64,000 nt of DNA from Naegleria gruberi (lineage: Eukaryota), in assembly GCA_000004985.1 (NCBI GenBank), contig GG738850.1; one strand, given 5' to 3'. The number at the start of each line of letters is the position of its first letter. Within the stretch, counting starts at the first letter, position 1. The notes beneath the pieces were generated by a model that saw only the letters and a list, made by a program, of their open reading frames with translations, was not told the origin of the DNA and ran no database searches. Position numbers and translations under genes: made by a program. Shown here piece after piece: positions 33,656-43,736 of this stretch.

Positions 33656-35953
33656 ATGTTTAGAATTTCTCCTTCGACTGGAACACCTCCAAGACCAGTT
33701 ATGAATAATCAATTATCATCACAACAACAACACTATTCTAATACTAACAATACTACTCCTAATAATACAACTAATCAAAAGCAACAACTAATGCAACAAG
33801 ATAATCAATTATCATCTCCTACCACTACTCAATATCCATCACCTCCAACTCTTTCAATGTTTACCAATTCAACTACTTCAAGTAGTAGTGACAATGCCAG
33901 TACTAACGACAGTTATATGAGTGATGATAGTTCGAATTTGAGGAGAAGAAGAGACTTTGATGCACTCTCCTCAATGGAAAATACCACACCACAAGGAACA
34001 ATGGAAGAAGAGAATCAAACAGTTTCATTTTCCAATATTTCTGCAGCACAACCAACTAGAAACAAGAAGAGAAAAAAGAATTCCTCACCAAACTTTGAAG
34101 AGATTTCATCCCCAAGTTCTCCTAAAGGACGTGATACAAATAATATTGAGCTTGATGACTCTTTCGAACAAAAGTTTTCTAAAGCAATTTCCAATTTTGG
34201 TGACGATAGTCCTGTACTCAATAATGATTCATGTTTTACCAATAGATATACAGGACCTAAATTTGAATCTACCAATAAGACAATAGCAAGATATGGTGAC
34301 GATAATAGAACATTCATTGTTGGTCTTCTTGGTTATGAATTCAATGAGAGTGAAATTGAAGTAACACCAAGTAATGATTCGACAGGTCTATTGCAACGTT
34401 TGGGAAGAATGTTTAGTAATATATTCTCATCAACCAGTCTCAATCAAACACTTCCATTCAATAATGCTAATGCTGTCACGACCAGTAATTCAACTCTGAG
34501 ACATCATACACTTCAAGAAGATCACACTGTTATCCATTCGAATCCTGCTGTAGAATGTGAGTTGATTTCTCATTGGAGAGAAGTTCCACTCTTGAGAAAT
34601 GTTAAAATCAAACAAATTTCATGTGGTGGTTATCACGTTTTACTTTTAACTGAAGATAATGTTGTATACACATCTGGGTGGAATAAGTATGGTCAATTAG
34701 GTACAAGTAAGAGTGGGTCAAGTAGCAAGATTGTAAAGATTGTAGAGAATGAACAAACTGATTATTGTGAAGTTCAATCCTTCCATAGAATTGAATTCCC
34801 TGAAAAGATTATTTCACTGAATGCCAGTGGTAGACACAGTTTGTTTTTGAGTGAGAGTGGAAGAGTTTATGGAACTGGTTGTAATTTGCATGGAAGAATG
34901 GGATCTGAATTCATTGAACCAGAAGAATTGGGATTGAAGCAATCCCAAGACTTACAACAAGTTACTGGAAATCAAATACTAGAACCAAATATTAATTGTG
35001 GTGTTTTCTCTCCAATTCTTTTGGGAGGAATTTTGAAACAAAAGAGAGCTTACTATGTTGGTAAAGCATTTTGGCACTCTATCATTGCAACCTGTGATGG
35101 AGGAGTTTATGTAATGGGACAAAGTGATGAAGGCAAGCTGGGAATTGGCTCTGTAAAGGCTAATCCAATTGACCAAGATACACATTGTTATGAACCAACA
35201 GAGATTATAGAATTGAGAGGAAGAGAAATCATTGAAGCTGAAGGTGGAGCATGGCACACAATTTTCCTTACAAAGGCCAAGTCAAATGAGCTCAATAATG
35301 ATTTATGGGTGTGTGGAAGTAACTATTGGGGTCAACTAGCTCTTCCACCAATTGGAAATAAGCCCGTAACAAGCTTTTTGGTTCCAGTAATTCATCCATT
35401 CTTTAGTGGAAAAAGAGATCCATCTAAGAATGCAGTTCAAATCAGTGCTGGGTCAAACTTTAACGCAGTTTTGACTGAAGATGGTTCTATTTATTGCTTT
35501 GGTTGTGGAAGTAGTGGTAAAACTGGATTGGGTCATGCCAGAACTGTTAGAACTCCAATTAAGGTCAAATCAATTCCAAAGGATGTTATCAAAATTTCAA
35601 CAGGATCAAATCATTTATCTGTAATTACAAAGAGTGGAGAATTGTATAGTGTTGGATGGAACTTTTACGGACAATGTGGTTATGATTCAGACATTTCCAA
35701 TATTTCGAGAGTCGAAGATACTAAAACTGAACTGTCTCCTTCTTGTGATGATATGGTAGAGAGCTACATTATGCCAAGAATTAGAAGACTCACTGGAGTG
35801 GAGGTGAACTCTGTTGGCAGTGGTGCCTATTTTACAATAATTACAACAAGTTCGACAAGTAATCCAATCATTAGAAAGCAAAAAGAAGCAAAATTCAAGG
35901 GAATACAAGTACGAAGAGGCTTTAATGATATTTCAGTTAGATGTACAAAATAA
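33656..35953 (+). CDS. RCC1-repeat (RLD) protein with a long disordered N/S/T/Q-rich N-terminus, 765 aa
   Basis: The C-terminal half has repeated RCC1 blade signatures: ISCGGYHVLLLTEDNVVYTSGWNKYGQLG, ASGRHSLFLSESGRVYGTGCNLHGRMG, SAGSNFNAVLTEDGSIYCFGCGSSGKTG and STGSNHLSVITKSGELYSVGWNFYGQCG. Confidence 0.7.
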   Translation: MFRISPSTGTPPRPVMNNQLSSQQQHYSNTNNTTPNNTTNQKQQLMQQDNQLSSPTTTQYPSPPTLSMFTNSTTSSSSDNASTNDSYMSDDSSNLRRRRDFDALSSMENTTPQGTMEEENQTVSFSNISAAQPTRNKKRKKNSSPNFEEISSPSSPKGRDTNNIELDDSFEQKFSKAISNFGDDSPVLNNDSCFTNRYTGPKFESTNKTIARYGDDNRTFIVGLLGYEFNESEIEVTPSNDSTGLLQRLGRMFSNIFSSTSLNQTLPFNNANAVTTSNSTLRHHTLQEDHTVIHSNPAVECELISHWREVPLLRNVKIKQISCGGYHVLLLTEDNVVYTSGWNKYGQLGTSKSGSSSKIVKIVENEQTDYCEVQSFHRIEFPEKIISLNASGRHSLFLSESGRVYGTGCNLHGRMGSEFIEPEELGLKQSQDLQQVTGNQILEPNINCGVFSPILLGGILKQKRAYYVGKAFWHSIIATCDGGVYVMGQSDEGKLGIGSVKANPIDQDTHCYEPTEIIELRGREIIEAEGGAWHTIFLTKAKSNELNNDLWVCGSNYWGQLALPPIGNKPVTSFLVPVIHPFFSGKRDPSKNAVQISAGSNFNAVLTEDGSIYCFGCGSSGKTGLGHARTVRTPIKVKSIPKDVIKISTGSNHLSVITKSGELYSVGWNFYGQCGYDSDISNISRVEDTKTELSPSCDDMVESYIMPRIRRLTGVEVNSVGSGAYFTIITTSSTSNPIIRKQKEAKFKGIQVRRGFNDISVRCTK

Positions 35954-35955
35954 AA

Positions 35956-37500
35956 CTAAATAATAATCAAATCAGATAATTGTTTGTGTTGGGTTGTATG
36001 GAGTAACTTTTCAAAGAAATCAAGAATACTACAGCTTAGACCAGTTCTTTTCACATAAATATTTTGACTACTGTTGCATGAATAGACTTGCAAGGAGTAC
36101 TGTTTTAGAGAATCGAATAAAATAGGTTTTGGTATTTCATTAACAATTACTACTCTTCCAATTAATGAGTGTGAGTGTTGGTACATGATTTGGAAATAAT
36201 AGAGTTGATTCTTAGATTGAAGAATTATGGCATCAGAGGTTATATAAACCTGTCTAATGGCAATATTATGTTTGTTGAAGTAATCTAGTTCATAAAAACC
36301 AATTGCTTCTTGTTTAGGTAGCTTTCTACTTCCAATATTTTGAATTGTTGAAAATACCCTTCCCTTATTAGTAATTGCAACAGTGAAATATTGACCACAA
36401 TTCACTTCCTTAATCTTATCAATATTATAATCAAATTCATTCAATGTTACTTTCATCACATCTATAATACAAATATATTCCTTCTTTTTTCCAGTTTGTT
36501 GATAAGTATTATCTCCACACACATACAAATATCCATTCAATGTTAAGAATACAGAATGATAAAGTCCACATTTGATATCTACCACTTGATCCTTACTTGA
36601 TTTTGGTAATATCTTAATTTCTGTCAATACATTCGAATAGTTATTGAGAACACTCCATTGATTAGATTCAGAACTTCCAAATCCGAGAACCTTCCTCTTT
36701 CCAGTGCTCCTTTCTCTCACCAGAATGAGAACATGTCCACATCCTGCTGCAATTTTCTCAGCATGAAACAAACTCTTATCAATATCCAAAACTGATCCAA
36801 TCAGAGCTCCATTCTTGTTCTTTACCTTTTTAGTTGCCAATGATTTACAATCTGAAAAAACTCTACCATCATGAGTTAAATAGACACTTTCATCCTCAAA
36901 ACATGCAATTGAAACAATAGTATTGAATGATTTTCCGTCGACCATTTCATATCCTTTCTGAATAAATTCCTCCAAATCATTCAATCTTTTAAAATGTGGC
37001 ATTCGATCAGACTTTGAATATTTCCACATAAATAACATGAATGGAATTTCAGTAGCAGAATTCATATTGGCACTACTATTAGAACCATTGAATGGTTGAC
37101 CATTCTTGTCCACCATTACCACTAAAATTCGTGAACTGCCAGCAATCATTGAAACGTTACATGGCATTGATTGACCTTTTTTCACAATACTCAACTCAAC
37201 TCTATCCAATACATGATATAATTCTTTACCATCATATCTATTTGTTGAAAGTATTTCCTCCGATGGCACACTTGCAAATTTCGTTGGGGTGAAAATTAAT
37301 TGTTCCATTTGATCGAAATTCTTTGCAAGCTTTTTTCTATTAGAATTTGGTGCATTTTTACTGAAAATGTAATTAGTAAAGAGGGAACTGTCGTGTTGTT
37401 GCTGTAGTTGGTCTTGAATCATTTTTTTTTTGTAATTTACATAAATTTCGAAATTGAACTCATTTTGATATTCAATGCTTTGAATATGAATAATTTTCAT
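35956..37500 (-). CDS. RCC1-like beta-propeller protein, 514 aa
   Basis: Degenerate RCC1-like blades are present: AAGCGHVLILVRERSTGKRKVLGFGSSESNQW, KCGLYHSVFLTLNGYLYVCGDNTYQQTG and NCGQYFTVAITNKGRVFS. Its stop lies 2 bp from the stop of the preceding RCC1 gene, which is convergent. Confidence 0.5.
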   Translation of the reverse strand: MKIIHIQSIEYQNEFNFEIYVNYKKKMIQDQLQQQHDSSLFTNYIFSKNAPNSNRKKLAKNFDQMEQLIFTPTKFASVPSEEILSTNRYDGKELYHVLDRVELSIVKKGQSMPCNVSMIAGSSRILVVMVDKNGQPFNGSNSSANMNSATEIPFMLFMWKYSKSDRMPHFKRLNDLEEFIQKGYEMVDGKSFNTIVSIACFEDESVYLTHDGRVFSDCKSLATKKVKNKNGALIGSVLDIDKSLFHAEKIAAGCGHVLILVRERSTGKRKVLGFGSSESNQWSVLNNYSNVLTEIKILPKSSKDQVVDIKCGLYHSVFLTLNGYLYVCGDNTYQQTGKKKEYICIIDVMKVTLNEFDYNIDKIKEVNCGQYFTVAITNKGRVFSTIQNIGSRKLPKQEAIGFYELDYFNKHNIAIRQVYITSDAIILQSKNQLYYFQIMYQHSHSLIGRVVIVNEIPKPILFDSLKQYSLQVYSCNSSQNIYVKRTGLSCSILDFFEKLLHTTQHKQLSDLIII

Positions 37501-37553
37501 GAATTTACAATTTTATTCAATTGTACAATTATATTTACAATTAAAAAGTAATA

Positions 37554-38312
37554 TTACAATGCAGCAGAATATAAATTAATAATTGGTGGTCTAGTCAACT
37601 CAAATCTTCCAAGAATATTTTCAAATCCATATGTAATACTCCATTGAAATTTACCAGATAATTGTTGATTCTTCTTTTCAATAGCAAATGAAATAGCTCT
37701 CTTACATTCCCTATGAATTTCAAAATTATTCCTTCTTCTAATAAAAATCAACCATGTGAAAAAAACCACAGGTGGAATCCACAACACATACATGTAGAAT
37801 AAAATTAATCCCTGACCAGCAGCTGATGCATTGAATGTAGCTCCCAATCTAATCACCAAGAATAGTCCAAATAAGAGGAAAATTACAATGGAAATCAACA
37901 TGGCACAACTGGCATAAAATATTTCAACATCTCCTTCTTTGAGTTGTGTATGAAATTTGTTTAAAATTGTGGAAATTTGTTCGGTGAAGGAGTGATAATC
38001 TTCTTGGGACATTTGGTTGTTTAATTCTTCAGGGTAGGAAGAGGTAAATTGTTTAAAGGAATAATCATATGGAATGGAAATGATGCAATTGGAAATATTC
38101 GAAACTAGATTGGAAGTGTTGGTAATTTCAATCACGTGTTCTACTTCATCATCGTGGTATGATGATGGTTGTTGTTGTTGGTCGGTTGTGGATTCTTCCG
38201 TGTAGAGCATTTTTTTATGAGGATTTTTTATGGAGTTTCGAATAAAATCAAACGTGTGAAATTCGAAAGAGGAATGAATTACATGCTCTATTGTGAACAT
38301 GTTAAAATACAT
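37554..38312 (-). CDS. Hypothetical membrane protein with two adjacent TM helices
   Basis: The hydrophobic hairpin is MLISIVIFLLFGLFLVIRL...LILFYMYVLWIPPVVFFTWLIFI. The start is ambiguous: ATG at 38312, or MLYTEE... at 38210. It lies in the same frame as the upstream SBP-like gene, separated by a single TAA. Confidence 0.4.
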   Translation of the reverse strand: MYFNMFTIEHVIHSSFEFHTFDFIRNSIKNPHKKMLYTEESTTDQQQQPSSYHDDEVEHVIEITNTSNLVSNISNCIISIPYDYSFKQFTSSYPEELNNQMSQEDYHSFTEQISTILNKFHTQLKEGDVEIFYASCAMLISIVIFLLFGLFLVIRLGATFNASAAGQGLILFYMYVLWIPPVVFFTWLIFIRRRNNFEIHRECKRAISFAIEKKNQQLSGKFQWSITYGFENILGRFELTRPPIINLYSAAL

Positions 38313-38330
38313 TAATTTATTGAAAAACAA

Positions 38331-39481
38331 TTAGAAAATGAATGAAATAATCAAACTAATCAAAATAGCCAACATTCCAACGTTATTCGAAACAACTTGA
38401 TATGAAACTCCAGCACTTGTAGAATTAAATGCAGTAAAAGTAGCAAATCCATATGAATCTCCAAACAATGAAACAGAACATCCCTTACAACTATTACCAT
38501 TCAAACTCATCCAATTTCTATATTGAATAGCATCTCCAATAATAGCATGAACTGATTGATCCAAAACTCCTTGATAAGATGAAGCAGCACTTGAGAATTG
38601 AACATAGGTAGCTTTTGGAAGATAGGTTTTAACGTAGGTTGAGTAAACAGTTCCTTCATAGGCACCAACAATCATATCAGGTGAATTGAATTGATTAATG
38701 TCTGTAATGGAAATACTTTGATTTCTGAGTGATCTTAAGAAACCCTATTAATTTGATGAAATTGAAACGTATTGGAATTTTGATATGTGAATATTTGTGA
38801 AAAAAGTTATTGGAATTATAGTCATGAAATTTGTGTTAATAATGAATTGGTTTTTTTGGTGGAATGAACTTACATTGGATCCAGTACCATAATTACATTG
38901 GAAGTGAGCAACTGTAGTTCTTTCAGGAAGAGGTGTAGCCTACAAGTTTCGAATATAAATTTTCACACAATTTCCAATAGAAACTTACATTACTTGTAAT
39001 AATATCACATTCTCCATCATCAACCAACTTTCTCAATGTATTAAAATACCCCAAACTACTTGTATTATACTGAGTAAAAGAGGCAGCATAATTTGTTGAA
39101 TATTTTGCATTAATTTTCTTAATGATATATTGACCAACTGTTCTCTTGATGGTCAACCATGGATCTTGAGTACCTAATTCAAAGCATAATCTGATATTGC
39201 TTCTAGATGCGAAAGGATTGGTGGATGGCCAAACTGGTTTAGAGGTAGAACACTATATGATTCGAATAATTATATGAGAAATGATAATTAGAAAGTAGTA
39301 AACATACAATAGGAACTGGGAAAAGCATCAAGTTGGAATATGTTTGTTGGAAATCATTATCAGAAACAACTTCTTGCACTGCAGCATCAAAAGCTGCTGT
39401 CATTTGGCTGGTGATGACTTGTGCCTTCACGCCAACTGTCAAACACACAATAAACAATAACAGGATAACAATTTGTTTCAT
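38331..39481 (-). CDS. Secreted, probably GPI-anchored, bacterial-type solute-binding-protein family 3 (SBP_bac_3 / iGluR ligand-binding-like) protein, about 305 aa
   Basis: Gene model is join(complement(38331..38744),complement(38874..38939),complement(38989..39252),complement(39308..39481)). Three phase-0 introns of 55, 49 and 129 nt have GTATGT, GTAAGT and GTAAGT donors. Each acceptor is immediately preceded by an in-frame stop. The signal peptide is MKQIVILLLFIVCLTVGVKAQ. SBP_3 signatures are CDIITSN-ATPLPERTTVAHFQCNY (compare DIIIAGMTITPERKK..FS.PY) and MIVGAYEGTVYSTYVKTYLPKATYVQFSSAASSYQGVLDQSVHAIIGDAIQY...GFATF. The C-terminus is SNNVGMLAILISLIISFIF, an omega-site-like stretch plus a hydrophobic tail. 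Confidence 0.6.
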
Positions 39482-40628
39482 TTTCTCTAGTAGAAGTAAT
39501 AGGTGGATGATGTTTTGTTAATTTTTTCTTGTTGATTTTGGTACGAAATGCAAAATGCTTTTTAACTCGCACACTTACGCATTTATCCAAATTTAGAAGG
39601 CGATTCTTTGTTGAGTGAATGCTAAATATTTTCAATAATATCTAAATTCGATAAGAATACACTAATGAGAAAAAGTGAATTGTGTCTCTTCTCCAAAATG
39701 CACCTTTTTATCTCTTTTATCTCTGATGCCAAATGTCAATAAGATAGCAAACACATCTATAAAGAATATGGCAAGATTTTGATGGCAAGACGAATCAGAA
39801 GAGAGAAAGCTCTACAAATTCCATTCCTCCAGTAATAGTTGTGAAATATGGATGGTTGATTTCCGTGAAGTATGTCAGATGCCAATTTCAAAGTTGTTTC
39901 GGGGGAAGTATTGAAAAGGGTATGAGAAATGTGTCCTGTTAGCATTTAAATATTTGGAAAGTAAATTGTGAACGAAGGATTCGTCAATTGCATGCTTTGT
40001 ATTACACACTGTCAATTGTTTCTAATATTTCTTGAAACTATACTGTAAACTAAATCATATATGAAGAAATTCCATACTTCTTACTCTTCTTGTGTTTTCT
40101 AACTGGCTAAATGTCGTGGCTATAATCCCATCTTGTTATCCAAATGAAAGCTAACACGAAATGGATAAATGAAAAAATGTAAAATGGGTTATACAATGCT
40201 AATAAACATTTTTAGTATCCACTTCTGCTAAAAGAAATTATCAAACTGCAATAGATCTTATGGCACGTTGTTGCAAACTTATGAGAATGCAGTACTGATT
40301 CTCACCAAGAACCCCTTAAAATTGTCCAGGAACATTAATCATCCGATGCTTTGGTCTGGACTACTCAGTGATCCCTCACTGAGGTTCACCTTAATAACAA
40401 TAGAGCACTCAGTTGTAAACACACAGTGTAATACTTGTTCAACAAGTGAAAATTTCCTTTTGAATTTGGCCGACATTTATCAATATAATTACTCAGAAGC
40501 ACTTGCCACTGAACCTACTGTTAGAGTTGTTGGAAGTGGTGATCCTGTAGTATTAGACAATTCTTGAATGTCACTAATGGAAATACAATCAATGGTATTT
40601 ATTGGACTTCAAGTCCATCAAATCCAGG

Positions 40629-41609
40629 TCAATAATAACCACTTCCATAAACCTTCTCCACAATGATGAGATTTTCCTTTTCATTTAAGGTTACACGCAT
40701 CTCATAGAAACTATATGGTGCACCAGCATTGAAAAAGATTGGAAACATTTGCTTATCATAATCTTCCCACGAGGATGAAGTTGATGATTGGCTTGTGTAA
40801 TGTCCATCCAAGTTTGAAAAATAGCAAAATGGTGTAATTTGCTGAGATAAATATTGTTCCAATTTGTCAGTTGATGTTTCCTCCTCTTCTTCTTCTGAAT
40901 CATCATCTGATGTTATAATATAAGGTGATACTCCATAAACAATCTTACTGTACTTGACATTACAATTCAATCTCTTTTTGAAGAATAACAAATCCAAACA
41001 TGAAAACCATTCATCTCCTTCACTAATCAAAATAATAAAACAAAATAATGAGAATGGTATTAAAATTTTGGCCTCTTTCACAATATCTGAATTATCATCC
41101 CAGAAACATTGATGTAAAATAACTTGATCTGTCACAGGATTAGGTCTGTATTCATCCGAAATTAAACTTGTCATAATCACAACCAATTTCATCAAGTTTT
41201 CTCTCCTCCGTATCTCAAAAAACTCTCCAACCAATGTATTCTTCAAGAGAGGAAAAGAAAATGTAAATACTTGTTCCAAACTCAGAGAATCTCCTTGAAC
41301 AATTGTAACATCTTCATTCCTCTCCTCCACTGATATAAATTTAGGAATGATCGAAAAGAGGTACTCTAAATAATCATAATGATCAGATAAACCTTCATCG
41401 GAATTTTGTAATTCAATTTCAATTTCAGGAAACATTGGATTCACAAAATCTTCCCATCTAAAATGTGTATTCAACAGGGCAGTCCACAATCCTAAATTTC
41501 CAAAGGCAGCCTCTCTCCAATACTTGCAAACGAGCATTTTACTATTCACCAAATCCTCCAATGGCAAGAATGAAAAAATCACCGACAATTCATCACGACA
41601 AGGAAACAT
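40629..41609 (-). CDS. F-box protein, 326 aa
   Basis: The N-terminal F-box is LSVIFSFLPLEDLVNSKMLVCKYWREAAFGNLGLWTALL. The ATG is at 41607-41609. An acidic tract lies near the C-terminus. Confidence 0.6.
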   Translation of the reverse strand: MFPCRDELSVIFSFLPLEDLVNSKMLVCKYWREAAFGNLGLWTALLNTHFRWEDFVNPMFPEIEIELQNSDEGLSDHYDYLEYLFSIIPKFISVEERNEDVTIVQGDSLSLEQVFTFSFPLLKNTLVGEFFEIRRRENLMKLVVIMTSLISDEYRPNPVTDQVILHQCFWDDNSDIVKEAKILIPFSLFCFIILISEGDEWFSCLDLLFFKKRLNCNVKYSKIVYGVSPYIITSDDDSEEEEEETSTDKLEQYLSQQITPFCYFSNLDGHYTSQSSTSSSWEDYDKQMFPIFFNAGAPYSFYEMRVTLNEKENLIIVEKVYGSGYY

Positions 41610-41755
41610 TTTTTTAAACTTCAGAATTGCACCAAAGTTTTTTCAAAAGGAACCTAGTAGGAGGAGGAATTGAGAAAATAAAGAGATAATGAAGTGTCAA
41701 TGCCAATCAAGAGTTGGATTTATGTGAAGAGATAATTGAGTATTTCAATAAAAAA

Positions 41756-42154
41756 ATGTTGCCATTTGAAAATCAGTATTGTTTGAAAGTGGAAATTAAT
41801 TCATTGGACGATATTATTGGAAAGAATATGACATTGGACGAGGTGATGGAGGAAAATAAGGAATGGTTTATTAGAAACTCAATTTTGGTCTTTTTTACTG
41901 ACTTTCTTCCAATTATTACAACACCATTTGCTAAAATTAATCAAATTATTGAAAATCTCAAAGTACTCAAATCTGATATTCATAAAAAGGAAAGCTGTAT
42001 AGAATTTCTTGAACATTGTCAAGTGGTGTGGGGTCACGATAAGTTGGGAAATATATTTAGAAAAACTGCATTGGATGAATTGGTTTCAACTGTTATGGCA
42101 TTGTTTCCAGATTATTTGGATCCAGTACTGCTATCACATATGACATCCATATGA
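41756..42154 (+). CDS. Hypothetical small protein of about 132 aa
   Basis: The track ORF begins at a TTG (41714) and the first ATG is at 41756. I recognise no domain, and there may be an upstream exon. Confidence 0.3.
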   Translation: MLPFENQYCLKVEINSLDDIIGKNMTLDEVMEENKEWFIRNSILVFFTDFLPIITTPFAKINQIIENLKVLKSDIHKKESCIEFLEHCQVVWGHDKLGNIFRKTALDELVSTVMALFPDYLDPVLLSHMTSI

Positions 42155-42251
42155 ATCAATGAATGAAATATATATTTGTTTCTTTGAATTAACTATTGAA
42201 AACTAATTAATTTTGTGTTTTTGTGTTTTTTTATTTAAAAAAAATAGCACA

Positions 42252-43082
42252 ATGATTATTGATAGGACCATTATTTCATTCGGATTGATCACGTGTTGTA
42301 TCTCGTGGTTGGTGTGGTCATGTTTATTATTTAGAACAAGTATTGGAAGATTATTGATTGATTTGGAGAGTGATCCAACGTTAATTTTGATAATGATTAT
42401 TGGAGGAATAATTCCGTCCATTGTTGGACTTTCATTCGTTGAATCTTCTTTAAAAACCTACTTGAAGGAAACATTTTCAATTAGCAAATTACTTAATTTA
42501 CCTAGTATTTGTTGGATTAGTTTGTCAATTCCTGTTGTAGTTAATTTATTATTGTTCCTTGCCATGCATAGTATTTTCCCATTAAAAGTACATTTGTTGG
42601 ATATTGTAAAAGAAAGAATATTTCCTGGTTTAGTTATGGGTGTATGTGCTTCATTGGGAGAGGAGTTTGGATGGAGAGGTTGTGTTTTATTTAATCTCAT
42701 CAAGACAAACAAACCAAAGGAAAAATCAGAGATTATCAAAATTGGAATAATTGTTGGAATTATGTGGTCAATTTGGCATTCGTTTGGAAATTATATTGCA
42801 TTGGGTCATTATCAATCAGTTGCCCTCATTATTTTCATGAACGCATTCATTAATTTGACTAATTATTCAATAATCTTGTCAATGCTCTATGTGAAAAGTG
42901 GAGGATGCATGCTTTTAGAAATAATCTTTCATTCTATGATATCATTTAGTAGTTTTACATTCAATCACAATAACACAAGTGAAAGAGAACAATTAGTGGA
43001 ATCCTTCCTTGGATGCCTCTTCAGTTTTATTGGAATGTTATTCATTGTAAAATTGATACAATTGCCTTCACCATTAAGGTAA
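42252..43082 (+). CDS. CPBP-family intramembrane metalloprotease (CAAX protease/Abi domain)
   Basis: It is a multi-TM protein with the CPBP motif-1 EE..R in GVCASLGEEFGWRGCVLFNLI. Motif 2 FxxxH is in IMWSIWHSFGN, and a later conserved His is in EIIFHSMISF. The ATG is at 42252 and the track start at 42213 is TTG. Confidence 0.65.
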   Translation: MIIDRTIISFGLITCCISWLVWSCLLFRTSIGRLLIDLESDPTLILIMIIGGIIPSIVGLSFVESSLKTYLKETFSISKLLNLPSICWISLSIPVVVNLLLFLAMHSIFPLKVHLLDIVKERIFPGLVMGVCASLGEEFGWRGCVLFNLIKTNKPKEKSEIIKIGIIVGIMWSIWHSFGNYIALGHYQSVALIIFMNAFINLTNYSIILSMLYVKSGGCMLLEIIFHSMISFSSFTFNHNNTSEREQLVESFLGCLFSFIGMLFIVKLIQLPSPLR

Positions 43083-43736
43083 AATTATCGCCTCGTCGTT
43101 GTGCACAATAAGAACGACTCAATTATTTCCAATTTTCCTGAAAAACCCACTCCCGATTAGTTTTTAATCCAACTAATGTATCCTGTTAGTTTTAGGCACT
43201 ACATCATGTCCTCATCATCGAGAACAATTTTGCTGATGATAACTTCATGAAGTATGAAAAGGTTCAAATTTGCAACAGGAAAAATAAGACAAAATTTTCA
43301 TCACAGAACTAAAATAATTGACTTTAAATTGTTTTCTGAATGTATTATGATATTATTATCAACATTCTTCATCTACTCTCCCTAATATTTAAAGTCAATA
43401 TATTTATTGTTTTTACGCTTAATGAGCCTTATTGGGTGGGAGGTGCTTGCAAGTAAAAATTAGTCTTGATAAAACAAAATTTGTGTCTTCAAAAAAAAAT
43501 TAGCAAGCCCTTGAAAAGTGTTGCTTCTTCTGCTTCACAACAGCTTTCACAGTATAAGAAGTAGTACTACAACTGACTCTCTGCGATTTGTTTTTGTTGC
43601 AGTATCGAAAAGGCAATTATATAAAATTGCTTAATCTTGTAGAGTTTTTTTCCGACTCGGTCTATTCTTCTGATCAATACAATCCACTTGTTCGGATTAC
43701 AACAACAACATTTACTAGTATTAATAGCAGTTAAAA

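Noticed and set aside
37554-39481. Calling the SBP-like gene and the downstream 2-TM ORF one fused CDS.
   Set aside because: They are in frame but separated by a TAA. The hydrophobic tail ending at the stop looks like a GPI signal. The second ORF has its own ATGs. I kept them as two genes and flagged the readthrough possibility.
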